DNA of 64,000 nt, from assembly GCF_050920415.1 (NCBI RefSeq), contig NZ_CP169309.1. One strand, given 5' to 3'. How positions within the stretch are numbered: the first letter of the stretch is position 1; each line of letters starts with the position of its first letter. Under the pieces are notes generated by a model. The model was not told the origin of the DNA. It searched no databases and saw only the letters and a list, made by a program, of their open reading frames with translations. The stretch comes from Escherichia coli (lineage in GTDB: Bacteria; Pseudomonadota; Gammaproteobacteria; Enterobacterales; Enterobacteriaceae). Below, piece after piece: positions 23,197 through 38,687 of the stretch. The position numbers were made by a program, and so were the translations under genes.

Positions 23197-24300
23197 ATGA
23201 AAAATGTTGGTTTTATCGGCTGGCGCGGTATGGTCGGCTCCGTTCTCATGCAACGCATGGTTGAAGAGCGCGACTTCGACGCCATTCGCCCTGTCTTCTT
23301 TTCTACTTCTCAGCTTGGTCAGGCTGCGCCGTCTTTTGGCGGAACCACTGACACACTTCAGGATGCCTTTGATCTGGAGGCGCTAAAGGCCCTCGATATC
23401 ATTGTGACCTGTCAGGGCGGCGATTATACCAACGAAATCTATCCAAAGCTTCGTGAAAGCGGATGGCAAGGTTACTGGATTGACGCAGCATCATCTCTGC
23501 GCATGAAAGATGACGCCATCATCATTCTTGACCCCGTCAATCAGGACGTCATTACCGACGGATTAAATAATGGCATCAGGACTTTTGTTGGCGGTAACTG
23601 TACCGTAAGCCTGATGTTGATGTCGTTGGGTGGTTTATTCGCCAATGATCTTGTTGATTGGGTGTCCGTTGCAACCTACCAGGCCGCTTCCGGCGGTGGT
23701 GCGCGACATATGCGTGAGTTATTAACCCAGATGGGCCATCTGTATGGCCATGTGGCAGATGAACTCGCGACCCCGTCCTCTGCTATTCTCGATATCGAAC
23801 GCAAAGTCACAACTTTAACCCGTAGCGGTGAGCTGCCGGTGGATAACTTTGGCGTGCCGCTGGCAGGAAGTCTGATTCCGTGGATCGACAAACAGCTCGA
23901 TAACGGTCAGAGCCGCGAAGAATGGAAAGGGCAGGCGGAAACTAACAAGATCCTCAACACATCTTCCGTAATTCCGGTAGATGGTTTATGTGTGCGTGTC
24001 GGGGCATTGCGCTGCCACAGCCAGGCATTCACTATTAAATTGAAAAAAGATGTGTCTATTCCGACCGTGGAAGAACTGCTGGCTGCGCACAACCCGTGGG
24101 CGAAAGTCGTTCCGAACGATCGGGAAATCACTATGCGTGAGCTAACCCCAGCTGCCGTTACCGGCACGCTGACCACGCCGGTAGGCCGCCTGCGTAAGCT
24201 GAATATGGGACCGGAGTTCCTGTCAGCCTTTACCGTGGGCGACCAGCTGCTGTGGGGGGCCGCGGAGCCGCTGCGTCGGATGCTTCGTCAACTGGCGTAA
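23197..24300 (+). CDS. asd: Aspartate-semialdehyde dehydrogenase
   Basis: Internal start [21 protein letters not shown] within ORF 23074..24300; 367 aa; recognised as Asd. Confidence 0.95.
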
Positions 24301-24572
24301 TCTTTATTCATTAAATCTGGGGCGCGTTGCCGCCCCTGTTAGTGCGTAATACAGGAGTAAGCGCAGATGTTTCATGATTTACCGGGAGTTAAATAGAGCA
24401 TTGGCTATTCTTTAAGGGTGGCGGAATACAAGAGTATTTACAGCCTTACCTGAAGTGAGGACGACGCAGAGAGGATGCACAGAGTGCTGCGCCGTTCAGG
24501 TCAAAAAAATGTCACAACCAGAAGTCAAAAATCCAGTTGGATGGGGTGACACAATAAAACAGGAAGACAAGC

Positions 24573-26759
24573 ATGTCCGATCGTATCGATAGAGACGTGA
24601 TTAACGCGCTAATTGCAGGCCATTTTGCGGATCCTTTTTCCGTACTGGGAATGCATAAAACCACCGCGGGACTGGAAGTCCGTGCCCTTTTACCCGACGC
24701 TACCGATGTGTGGGTGATTGAACCGAAAACCGGGCGCAAACTCGCAAAACTGGAGTGTCTCGACTCACGTGGATTCTTTAGCGGCGTCATTCCGCGGCGT
24801 AAGAATTTTTTCCGCTATCAGTTGGCTGTTGTCTGGCATGGTCAGCAAAACCTGATTGATGATCCTTACCGTTTTGGTCCGCTAATCCAGGAAATGGATG
24901 CCTGGCTATTATCTGAAGGTACTCACCTGCGCCCGTATGAAACTTTAGGCGCGCATGCAGATACTATGGATGGCGTCACGGGTACGCGTTTTTCTGTCTG
25001 GGCTCCAAACGCCCGCCGGGTCTCGGTAGTCGGTCAATTCAACTACTGGGACGGTCGCCGTCACCCGATGCGCCTGCGTAAAGAGAGCGGCATCTGGGAA
25101 CTGTTTATCCCTGGGGCGCATAACGGTCAGCTCTATAAATACGAGATGATTGATGCCAATGGCAACTTGCGTCTGAAGTCCGACCCTTATGCTTTCGAAG
25201 CGCAAATGCGCCCGGAAACCGCGTCTCTTATTTGCGGGCTGCCGGAAAAGGTTGTGCAGACTGAAGAGCGCAAAAAAGCGAATCAGTTTGATGCGCCAAT
25301 CTCTATTTATGAAGTTCACCTGGGCTCCTGGCGTCGCCACACCGACAACAATTTCTGGTTGAGCTACCGCGAGCTGGCCGATCAACTGGTGCCTTATGCT
25401 AAATGGATGGGCTTTACCCACCTCGAACTGCTGCCCATTAACGAGCATCCGTTCGATGGTAGTTGGGGTTATCAGCCAACCGGCCTGTATGCGCCGACCC
25501 GCCGTTTTGGTACCCGCGACGACTTCCGTTATTTCATTGATGCCGCACACGCAGCTGGTCTGAACGTGATTCTCGACTGGGTGCCAGGCCACTTCCCGAC
25601 CGATGACTTTGCGCTTGCCGAATTTGATGGCACGAACTTGTATGAACACAGCGATCCGCGCGAAGGCTACCATCAGGACTGGAATACGCTGATCTACAAC
25701 TATGGTCGCCGTGAAGTCAGTAACTTCCTTGTCGGTAATGCACTTTACTGGATCGAACGTTTTGGTATTGATGCGCTGCGCGTCGATGCTGTGGCATCAA
25801 TGATTTATCGCGACTACAGCCGCAAAGAGGGGGAGTGGATCCCGAACGAATTTGGCGGGCGCGAGAATCTTGAAGCGATTGAATTCTTGCGTAATACCAA
25901 CCGTATTCTTGGTGAGCAGGTTTCCGGTGCGGTGACAATGGCTGAGGAGTCTACCGATTTCCCTGGCGTTTCTCGTCCGCAGGACATGGGCGGTCTGGGC
26001 TTCTGGTACAAGTGGAATCTCGGCTGGATGCATGACACCCTGGACTATATGAAGCTCGACCCGATTTATCGTCAGTATCATCACGGTAAGCTCACCTTCG
26101 GGATGCTCTACAACTACACTGAAAATTTCGTCCTGCCGTTGTCGCATGATGAAGTGGTCCACGGTAAAAAATCGATTCTCGACAGGATGCCAGGCGACGC
26201 ATGGCAGAAATTCGCTAACCTGCGCGCGTACTATGGCTGGATGTGGGCATTCCCGGGCAAGAAACTGCTGTTCATGGGGAACGAATTTGCCCAGGGCCGC
26301 GAGTGGAACCATGACGCCAGCCTCGACTGGCATCTGCTGGAAGGCGGCGATAACTGGCACCACGGTGTCCAGCGTCTGGTGCGCGATCTGAACCTCACCT
26401 ACCGCCACCATAAAGCGATGCATGAACTGGATTTTGACCCGTACGGTTTTGAATGGCTGGTGGTGGATGACAAAGAACGCTCGGTGCTGATCTTTGTGCG
26501 TCGCGATAAAGAGGGTAACGAAATCATCGTTGCCAGTAACTTTACTCCGGTGCCGCGTCATGATTATCGCTTTGGCATTAACCAGCCGGGTAAATGGCGT
26601 GAGATCCTCAATACCGATTCCATGCACTATCACGGCAGTAATGCAGGCAATGGCGGCACGGTACACAGCGATGAGATTGCCAGCCACGGTCGTCAGCATT
26701 CACTAAGCCTGACACTACCACCGCTGGCCACTATCTGGCTGGTTCGGGAGGCAGAATGA
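24573..26759 (+). CDS. glgB: 1,4-alpha-glucan branching enzyme
   Basis: 728-aa ORF starting [28 protein letters not shown], recognised as GlgB. Confidence 0.97.
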   Translation: MSDRIDRDVINALIAGHFADPFSVLGMHKTTAGLEVRALLPDATDVWVIEPKTGRKLAKLECLDSRGFFSGVIPRRKNFFRYQLAVVWHGQQNLIDDPYRFGPLIQEMDAWLLSEGTHLRPYETLGAHADTMDGVTGTRFSVWAPNARRVSVVGQFNYWDGRRHPMRLRKESGIWELFIPGAHNGQLYKYEMIDANGNLRLKSDPYAFEAQMRPETASLICGLPEKVVQTEERKKANQFDAPISIYEVHLGSWRRHTDNNFWLSYRELADQLVPYAKWMGFTHLELLPINEHPFDGSWGYQPTGLYAPTRRFGTRDDFRYFIDAAHAAGLNVILDWVPGHFPTDDFALAEFDGTNLYEHSDPREGYHQDWNTLIYNYGRREVSNFLVGNALYWIERFGIDALRVDAVASMIYRDYSRKEGEWIPNEFGGRENLEAIEFLRNTNRILGEQVSGAVTMAEESTDFPGVSRPQDMGGLGFWYKWNLGWMHDTLDYMKLDPIYRQYHHGKLTFGMLYNYTENFVLPLSHDEVVHGKKSILDRMPGDAWQKFANLRAYYGWMWAFPGKKLLFMGNEFAQGREWNHDASLDWHLLEGGDNWHHGVQRLVRDLNLTYRHHKAMHELDFDPYGFEWLVVDDKERSVLIFVRRDKEGNEIIVASNFTPVPRHDYRFGINQPGKWREILNTDSMHYHGSNAGNGGTVHSDEIASHGRQHSLSLTLPPLATIWLVREAE

Positions 26760-28729
26760 CACAACTCGCCATTGGCAAACCCGCACCCCTCGGCGCGCAT
26801 TACGACGGTCAGGGCGTCAACTTCACACTTTTCTCCGCTCATGCCGAGCGGGTAGAACTGTGTATCTTTGACGCCAATGGCCAGGAACATCGCTATGACT
26901 TGCCAGGGCACAGTGGCGACATTTGGCACGGTTATCTGCCGGATGCGCGTCCGGGTTTGCGTTATGGTTATCGCGTTCATGGCCCCTGGCGACCCGCCGA
27001 GGGACATCGCTTTAACCCGGCGAAGTTGTTGATTGATCCTTGCGCGCGGCAAATTGACGGGGAGTTTAAAGATAACCCGCTGCTGCACGCAGGTCATAAT
27101 GAACCTGACTATCGCGACAACGCCGCCATTGCGCCGAAATGTGTAGTGGTGGTTGATCACTATGACTGGGAGGATGATGCCCCGCCGCGCACGCCGTGGG
27201 GCAGCACTATCATTTATGAAGCCCATGTCAAAGGATTAACGTATCTGCACCCGGAGATCCCCGTCGATATCCGCGGCACTTATAAAGCCCTGGGGCATCC
27301 GGTGATGATCAACTATTTGAAACAGTTGGGCATTACTGCGCTGGAGTTGCTGCCGGTGGCACAATTTGCCAGCGAACCACGCCTGCAACGTATGGGGTTA
27401 AGTAACTACTGGGGCTATAACCCGGTAGCGATGTTTGCGCTGCATCCGGCGTATGCCTGCTCGCCAGAAACGGCGCTGAATGAGTTTCGCGATGCAATCA
27501 AAGCACTGCATAAAGCGGGTATCGAAGTCATTCTTGATATCGTGCTTAACCATAGTGCGGAACTGGACCTCGACGGTCCGTTATTCTCTCTGCGTGGGAT
27601 CGACAACCGTAGCTATTATTGGATAAGAGAAGACGGTGATTATCACAATTGGACAGGCTGTGGCAACACGCTCAATTTGAGTCATCCGGCGGTGGTGGAT
27701 TATGCCAGCGCCTGCCTGCGTTATTGGGTAGAAACCTGCCACGTCGATGGTTTCCGTTTTGATCTGGCAGCAGTCATGGGCCGTACGCCTGAGTTTCGTC
27801 AGGATGCGCCGTTGTTTACCGCAATTCAGAACTGCCCGGTGCTCTCGCAGGTGAAGTTAATTGCCGAACCGTGGGATATTGCGCCTGGTGGTTATCAGGT
27901 GGGAAATTTCCCGCCATTGTTTGCTGAGTGGAACGATCATTTCCGTGATGCTGCCCGTCGTTTCTGGCTGCATTATGATTTGCCTCTGGGGGCGTTTGCC
28001 GGGCGTTTTGCTGCCTCCAGCGATGTTTTTAAACGTAATGGTCGTCTGCCGAGTGCCGCGATTAATCTCGTCACCGCGCATGACGGTTTTACGCTTCGCG
28101 ACTGCGTTTGCTTCAACCATAAACACAATGAAGCAAACGGAGAAGAAAATCGCGACGGGACCAACAACAATTACAGTAACAATCATGGTAAAGAAGGATT
28201 AGGCGGTACTCTTGACCTGGTTGAACGGCGGCGCGACAGCATTCACGCCCTGTTAACAACGTTGTTGCTCTCCCAGGGTACGCCGATGTTACTGGCCGGT
28301 GACGAACATGGTCATAGCCAGCATGGCAATAACAATGCCTACTGTCAGGATAATCAATTAACCTGGTTGGACTGGTCGCAGGCAAGCAGTGGTTTAACCG
28401 CATTTACCGCCGCGTTAATCCATCTGCGCAAGCGCATTCCCGCTTTGGTGGAGAATCGCTGGTGGGAAGAAGGCGACGGCAATGTCCGTTGGCTAAATCG
28501 ATATGCTCAACCTTTAAGCACGGATGAGTGGCAAAACGGGCCGAAACAGCTGCAAATTCTGCTCTCGGATCGCTTTTTGATCGCAATTAACGCCACGCTT
28601 GAGGTAACAGAGATTGTTTTACCTGCTGGGGAGTGGCACGCCATTCCCCCATTCGCTGGAGAGGATAACCCAGTGATTACGGCTGTCTGGCAGGGACCTG
28701 CACACGGATTGTGTGTGTTCCAGAGATGA
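26756..28729 (+). CDS. glgX: Glycogen debranching enzyme
   Basis: 657-aa ORF overlapping the glgB stop; GH13 motifs; recognised as GlgX. Confidence 0.96.
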
Positions 28730-28746
28730 TAAAAAAGGAGTTAGTC

Positions 28747-30042
28747 ATGGTTAGTTTAGAGAAGAACGATCACTTAATGTTGGCGCGCCAGCTGCCATTG
28801 AAATCTGTTGCCCTGATACTGGCGGGAGGACGTGGTACCCGCCTGAAGGATTTAACCAATAAGCGAGCAAAACCGGCCGTACACTTCGGCGGTAAGTTCC
28901 GCATTATCGACTTTGCACTGTCTAACTGCATCAACTCCGGGATCCGTCGTATGGGCGTGATCACCCAGTACCAGTCCCATACTCTGGTGCAGCACATTCA
29001 GCGCGGCTGGTCATTCTTCAATGAAGAAATGAACGAGTTTGTCGATCTGTTGCCAGCGCAGCAGAGAATGAAAGGGGAAAACTGGTATCGCGGCACCGCA
29101 GATGCGGTCACGCAAAACCTCGACATTATTCGCCGTTACAAAGCGGAATATGTGGTGATCCTGGCGGGCGACCATATCTACAAGCAAGACTACTCGCGTA
29201 TGCTTATCGACCACGTCGAAAAAGGCGCACGTTGCACCGTCGCTTGTATGCCTGTACCGATTGAAGAAGCCTCCGCATTTGGCGTTATGGCGGTTGATGA
29301 GAACGATAAAATTATCGAATTCGTTGAAAAACCCGCTAACCCGCCGTCAATGCCGAACGATCCGAGCAAATCTCTGGCGAGCATGGGTATCTACGTCTTT
29401 GACGCCGACTATCTGTATGAACTGCTGGAAGAAGACGATCGCGATGAGAACTCCAGCCACGACTTTGGTAAAGATTTGATTCCCAAAATCACCGAAGCCG
29501 GTCTGGCCTATGCGCACCCGTTCCCGCTCTCTTGCGTACAATCCGACCCGGATGCCGAGCCGTACTGGCGCGATGTGGGTACGCTTGAAGCTTACTGGAA
29601 AGCGAACCTCGATCTGGCATCAGTGGTGCCGGAACTGGATATGTACGATCGCAATTGGCCAATTCGCACCTACAATGAATCATTACCGCCAGCGAAATTC
29701 GTGCAAGATCGCTCCGGTAGCCACGGGATGACCCTTAACTCACTGGTTTCCGGCGGTTGTGTGATCTCCGGTTCGGTGGTGGTGCAGTCCGTTCTGTTCT
29801 CGCGCGTTCGCGTGAATTCATTCTGCAACATTGATTCCGCCGTATTGTTACCGGAAGTATGGGTAGGTCGCTCGTGCCGTCTGCGCCGCTGCGTCATTGA
29901 TCGTGCTTGTGTTATTCCGGAAGGCATGGTGATTGGTGAAAACGCAGAGGAAGATGCACGTCGTTTCTATCGTTCAGAAGAAGGCATCGTGCTGGTAACG
30001 CGCGAAATGCTACGGAAGTTAGGGCATAAACAGGAGCGATAA
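28747..30042 (+). CDS. glgC: Glucose-1-phosphate adenylyltransferase
   Basis: Internal start [33 protein letters not shown] within ORF 28711..30042; 431 aa. Confidence 0.96.
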
Positions 30043-31475
30043 TGCAGGTTTTACATGTATGTTCAGAGATGTTCCCGCTGCTTAAAACCGGCGGTCTGGC
30101 TGATGTTATTGGGGCATTACCCGCAGCACAAATCGCAGACGGCGTTGACGCTCGCGTACTGTTGCCTGCATTTCCCGATATTCGCCGTGGCGTAACCGAT
30201 GCGCAGGTGGTATCTCGCCGTGATACCTTCGCAGGGCATATCACGCTGTTGTTCGGCCATTACAACGGGGTTGGCATTTACCTGATTGACGCGCCGCATC
30301 TCTATGATCGTCCGGGAAGCCCGTATCACGATACCAACTTATTTGCCTACACTGACAACGTATTGCGTTTTGCGCTGCTTGGGTGGGTTGGGGCAGAAAT
30401 GGCCAGCGGGCTTGACCCATTCTGGCGCCCTGATGTGGTGCATGCGCACGACTGGCATGCGGGCCTTGCGCCTGCGTATCTGGCGGCGCGCGGGCGTCCG
30501 GCGAAGTCGGTGTTTACTGTGCACAACCTGGCCTATCAAGGCATGTTTTATGCACATCACATGAATGACATCCAATTGCCATGGTCATTCTTTAATATTC
30601 ATGGGCTGGAATTCAACGGACAAATCTCTTTCCTGAAGGCTGGTCTGTACTATGCCGATCATATTACGGCGGTCAGCCCGACCTACGCTCGCGAGATCAC
30701 CGAACCGCAGTTTGCCTACGGTATGGAAGGTCTGTTGCAGCAGCGTCACCGTGAAGGGCGTCTTTCCGGCGTACTAAACGGCGTGGACGAAAAAATCTGG
30801 AGTCCAGAGACGGACTTACTGTTGGCCTCGCGTTACACCCGCGATACGTTGGAAGATAAAGCGGAGAATAAGCGCCAGTTACAAATCGCAATGGGGCTTA
30901 AGGTTGACGATAAAGTGCCGCTTTTTGCAGTGGTGAGCCGTCTGACCAGCCAGAAAGGTCTCGACCTGGTGCTGGAAGCCTTACCAGGCCTTCTGGAGCA
31001 GGGCGGACAGCTGGCGCTACTCGGCGCGGGTGATCCGGTGTTGCAGGAAGGTTTCCTTGCCGCGGCTGCGGAATATCCCGGACAAGTGGGCGTTCAGATT
31101 GGCTATCACGAAGCATTTTCGCATCGCATTATGGGCGGCGCGGACGTCATTCTGGTGCCCAGCCGTTTTGAACCGTGCGGCTTAACGCAACTTTATGGAT
31201 TGAAGTACGGTACGCTGCCGTTAGTGCGGCGCACCGGTGGGCTTGCTGATACGGTTTCTGACTGTTCTCTTGAGAACCTTGCAGATGGCGTCGCCAGTGG
31301 GTTTGTCTTTGAAGATAGTAATGCCTGGTCGCTGTTACGGGCTATTCGACGTGCTTTTGTACTGTGGTCTCGTCCTTCACTGTGGCGGTTTGTGCAACGT
31401 CAGGCTATGGCAATGGATTTTAGCTGGCAGGTCGCGGCGAAGTCGTACCGTGAGCTTTACTATCGCTTGAAATAG
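30042..31475 (+). CDS. glgA: Glycogen synthase
   Basis: 477-aa ORF starting [22 protein letters not shown], recognised as GlgA. Confidence 0.97.
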
Positions 31476-33941
<2,466 letters not shown>

Positions 33942-33959
33942 GTTCACTAAAAAATAGAA

Positions 33960-33986
33960 CGGGGCCAAATCGGTCCCGTTTTTTTT
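33960..33986 (+). terminator. Rho-independent terminator after glgP
   Basis: Hairpin cggggccaaatcggtcccg (7-bp stem) followed by tttttttt. Confidence 0.7.
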
Positions 33987-34058
33987 CGCCTTTATTTCGG
34001 AGAAGTGTCCAGAGGGGCAAGGGGACTCGGGGGAGTATAATTTCGCCATTCAGAAAGA

Positions 34059-35576
34059 ATGGAAAGAATAATGCAAAACAAAAAATGGATTTTGACCTCG
34101 CTGGTAATGGCTTTTTTCGGCATCCCCATACTGGCGCAATTTTTGGCAGCGGTTATTGCCATGCTGGGGGCCGGGCTTGCCGCTATTCTTGAGGCTTGCA
34201 ATTTACTCTTTACGCCAACAATTTATCTTCTACTCAACGTCTTTATGCTGACGCTGGGGGCGATAATCCTATTTTTCTCTGGTCGCGTGTGGGCCGGTGA
34301 TAGCGCACCAGAAAACAGAGAAATAGCCGTCTGGCGGCAATGCTTTTTTCTTTTACCTGCACTGTTAACTCTGGTTGGCTGGATAATCACGCTACATCTG
34401 GCAGATTATCAATTTCGCCAAATGGGAGCAGGTTGGTTGGCAGAGCTTATGCTCCCCTGGCTGGGAGTTTTGTTAGTCTCATTAGTCGGAGGTGAGTTCT
34501 GGTGGATAGTCATTATACCCGTTGGTGCGCATATTAGTTTTTCACTGGGGTATGGCTGGCCGACCAGATATCCTTTAACCGGCACGTACGGGTTACGTTG
34601 CCGTAATTCCCTCCTGTTTATCCTTCTCATGCTTGGTTTTATCGCTGGTTATCAGGCTTATTTATATAAACAGATTAATCCCGGCGTCGGTGTGCGTGAA
34701 AATATTGATATCTGGGCCTGGCGACCCGATAAACTCAATAATCAACTGCCGCCACTGCGTGGTAAACCGCAAATTCAGTTTACACAAAACTGGCCGCGAC
34801 TCGATGGTGCTACAGCGGCGTACCCAATTTATGCTTCTGCCTTTTATGCGTTGAGCGTTATACCGGAAGATTTCCACACTTGGGAATATCTGGAGAACTC
34901 TCGTACCCCCGATGCATATAACAGGATTGTTAAAGGTGATGCCGATATTATTTTTGTGGCGCAACCTTCCGGTGGGCAGAAAAAACGCGCAGAGGAATCG
35001 GGCGTCACTTTGAACTACACTCCTTTCGCCCGTGAAGCATTCGTTTTCATCGTCAATGCGGATAACCCGGTTAATTCCCTGACTGACCAACAGGTGCGTG
35101 ACATCTTCAGTGGCGCAATTACCAACTGGCGCACGGTTGGCGGTAACGATCAGGAGATCCAGACCTGGCAACGCCCGGAAGACTCTGGCAGCCAGACAGT
35201 GATGCAATCGCAGGTCATGAAAAATGTCCGCATGATCTCGCCGCAGGAAACCGAAGTGGCAAGCATGATGGAGGGAATGATTAAAGTTGTTGCCGAATAC
35301 CGTAATACAAACAACTCAATAGGCTACACCTTCCGCTATTACGCAACACAAATGAACGCCGATAAAAATATAAAACTGCTAGCTATTAACGGTATTGCAC
35401 CGACTGCGGAAAATATTCGTAACGGCAAATATCCGTATATCGTCGATGCCTTTATGGTAACGCGGGAAAATACTACGTCAGAAACACAAAAACTGGTCGA
35501 ATGGTTTTTAACGCCGCAGGGGCAGAGTCTGGTGGAAGATGTGGGTTATGTACCGTTGCATACAACAATGAAATAA
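34059..35576 (+). CDS. Uncharacterized membrane protein: N-terminal polytopic membrane domain fused to a C-terminal PstS/PBP-like substrate-binding domain
   Basis: 505-aa ORF; residues ~1-200 are hydrophobic multi-TM; the C-terminal half (DGATAAYPIYASAFYAL...IIFVAQPSGGQKKRAEESG...WQRPEDSGSQTVM) looks like a phosphate-binding-protein (PstS-like) fold; no equivalent intact gene recalled at this position in K-12 (where the yzgL pseudogene sits); start may instead be the Met at 34071. Confidence 0.7.
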   Translation: MERIMQNKKWILTSLVMAFFGIPILAQFLAAVIAMLGAGLAAILEACNLLFTPTIYLLLNVFMLTLGAIILFFSGRVWAGDSAPENREIAVWRQCFFLLPALLTLVGWIITLHLADYQFRQMGAGWLAELMLPWLGVLLVSLVGGEFWWIVIIPVGAHISFSLGYGWPTRYPLTGTYGLRCRNSLLFILLMLGFIAGYQAYLYKQINPGVGVRENIDIWAWRPDKLNNQLPPLRGKPQIQFTQNWPRLDGATAAYPIYASAFYALSVIPEDFHTWEYLENSRTPDAYNRIVKGDADIIFVAQPSGGQKKRAEESGVTLNYTPFAREAFVFIVNADNPVNSLTDQQVRDIFSGAITNWRTVGGNDQEIQTWQRPEDSGSQTVMQSQVMKNVRMISPQETEVASMMEGMIKVVAEYRNTNNSIGYTFRYYATQMNADKNIKLLAINGIAPTAENIRNGKYPYIVDAFMVTRENTTSETQKLVEWFLTPQGQSLVEDVGYVPLHTTMK

Positions 35577-35601
35577 CTTTTGAGAGAACGGAATCAGCGC
35601 G

Positions 35602-36594
35602 ATGAATAAATTCATAGGCGTTTTACTGCTAGGTGCGGTTTTACTGGCGGGATGTGTCGACCGGGAAGGGTACTATAACAGCGTCAGGGAAGAAGAAAGC
35701 CATGGACTGACGTCTCTGCGGGGGCAACCAGAATTACGTTACAGCGATGATTGGTCAAGATGGCCGAGAGTGTACGGCGCTACAGCCTTATACCCGCTGT
35801 ATGCTTCCGCGTATTATGAATTAGTACCCGAGCCAAAAGATAAGGATCGAACCTCGCTGGCCTGGCAGGCGTATGGTTTGCAACAAACCCGAACAGCTGA
35901 AGCCTACGATAGTCTGATCAAGGTTACCGCGACGGTTATTTTTGTTGCACAACCGTCGGAAGGACAGAAAAAACGTGCAGAAGAAGCAGGCGTTAAACTG
36001 AAATATACCGCTTTCGCCCGCGAAGCCTTTGTCTTTATCGTTGATATCAAAAACCCGGTTAATTCACTTAGCGAACAGCAGGTCAAAGACATTTTTAGCG
36101 GTAAAGTGAGTCGCTGGAATAAAGTGGGCGGCGGTGACGAAAGTATAAAAGTCTGGCAGCGGCCAGAAGATTCTGGAAGCCAAACGGTTATGAAGGGACT
36201 GGTTATGCAAGATACTCCAATGCTGCCAGCCAAAAAATCCACTGTTATCGATCTTATGGGCAGTTTAATTACCGAAGTCGCCGACTACCAAAACACAACA
36301 TCTTCCATTGGATACACCTTCCACTATTACGTCACGCGTATGAATGACAATATGCTCAAAATGCGCAAACAGATCAAACTGCTGGCTATAAATGGCGTTG
36401 CACCTACAGAGGAAAATATCCGTAACGGCACTTATCCGTACATAATTGATGCTTATATGGTGACGCACGAAAACCCTACGCTGGAAACGCAGAAATTCGT
36501 CGACTGGTTTTTAAGCCCGCAGGGACAGCAATTGGTAGAGGATGTGGGCTATGTGCCGATTCATGACGCATCATACGAATCATCAGTGCAATAA
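35602..36594 (+). CDS. Uncharacterized lipoprotein with PstS/PBP-like substrate-binding domain (paralog of the C-terminal domain of the upstream gene)
   Basis: 330-aa ORF; lipoprotein signal MNKFIGVLLLGAVLLAGC (lipobox LAGC); long near-identical stretches with the previous gene (VIFVAQPSEGQKKRAEEAGV...FAREAFVFIV...WQRPEDSGSQTVM). Confidence 0.75.
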   Translation: MNKFIGVLLLGAVLLAGCVDREGYYNSVREEESHGLTSLRGQPELRYSDDWSRWPRVYGATALYPLYASAYYELVPEPKDKDRTSLAWQAYGLQQTRTAEAYDSLIKVTATVIFVAQPSEGQKKRAEEAGVKLKYTAFAREAFVFIVDIKNPVNSLSEQQVKDIFSGKVSRWNKVGGGDESIKVWQRPEDSGSQTVMKGLVMQDTPMLPAKKSTVIDLMGSLITEVADYQNTTSSIGYTFHYYVTRMNDNMLKMRKQIKLLAINGVAPTEENIRNGTYPYIIDAYMVTHENPTLETQKFVDWFLSPQGQQLVEDVGYVPIHDASYESSVQ

Positions 36595-37196
36595 TGATGA
36601 ATAAAATCAGACTTTATATTCCTCCGTTAATTCTTGGTTTTTTTATTGTGCCGTTGTTGGTGTGGCCGACGGTGGTTGCGCTGGCTGCTTCTGTTATCAC
36701 GCTGAGTTTTCTGGGAGAGATACTGTTCTCTATCCCGCTCATGATCAGGCATATTTCGCTTCTGCAATTACAACTATGGTTATCGGCTGAATATGCGCTT
36801 TTCTGCTGTGCAATGGTGGGCGTTGGTTGGCAATTTGCGCGCAGAACGCCACCTGAATCGAAAAGCAGACTGCATTGTTGGCTGGTATTTGCACCGGTTT
36901 ATTTCTGGTTGCTCCTGTGGAATATCATTTTCTATGTCGCGCCAGCGAATATTGCGTTGCTGGAGAATATGCGCAGTTTCTTTCTGACAGTTGTCTGGCT
37001 CCCACTAAATTTTTCACCATTTTGGTCCCAACCGTGGATTGACTTTGTCGGTCCAATAAGCGCACAGCTTGGTTTTGCGTTGGGATATTATTGCCAGTGG
37101 CGTAGCAAAAATAGAAGCCAGATACGGAAGTGGAGTGAGTGGGGAACGTGCCTGAGTTTTGTTACGTTGGGTATGATGGCGTGGGCTTTGCGGTAA
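36594..37196 (+). CDS. Uncharacterized polytopic inner membrane protein (resembles the N-terminal membrane domain of the 505-aa protein)
   Basis: 200-aa hydrophobic ORF whose start overlaps the upstream stop; segment VGPISAQLGFALGYYCQWR resembles VGAHISFSLGYGWPTRY in the first island protein. Confidence 0.6.
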   Translation: MMNKIRLYIPPLILGFFIVPLLVWPTVVALAASVITLSFLGEILFSIPLMIRHISLLQLQLWLSAEYALFCCAMVGVGWQFARRTPPESKSRLHCWLVFAPVYFWLLLWNIIFYVAPANIALLENMRSFFLTVVWLPLNFSPFWSQPWIDFVGPISAQLGFALGYYCQWRSKNRSQIRKWSEWGTCLSFVTLGMMAWALR

Positions 37197-37247
37197 TTCC
37201 CTGACTCAAAAAGTAGGTCAGATTGTTGACAAAGTGCGCTTTGTTCA

Positions 37248-38626
<1,379 letters not shown>

Positions 38627-38687
38627 TTTTTTGTTTATCATCAGTCTCAGGTCAGATTGAAATCTGACCTGGCCACATTACGTTAAT

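Noticed and set aside
25797-26699. 300-aa ORF on the minus strand inside glgB
   Set aside because: Entirely antisense to a well-supported conserved gene; no independent start context; typical GC-rich antisense open frame.
38648-38671. Inverted repeat caggtcagatt/aatctgacctg downstream of glpD, considered as the glpD intrinsic terminator
   Set aside because: No U-tract follows the hairpin on either strand, so it is not a canonical rho-independent terminator; kept only as an observation under the read-through finding.
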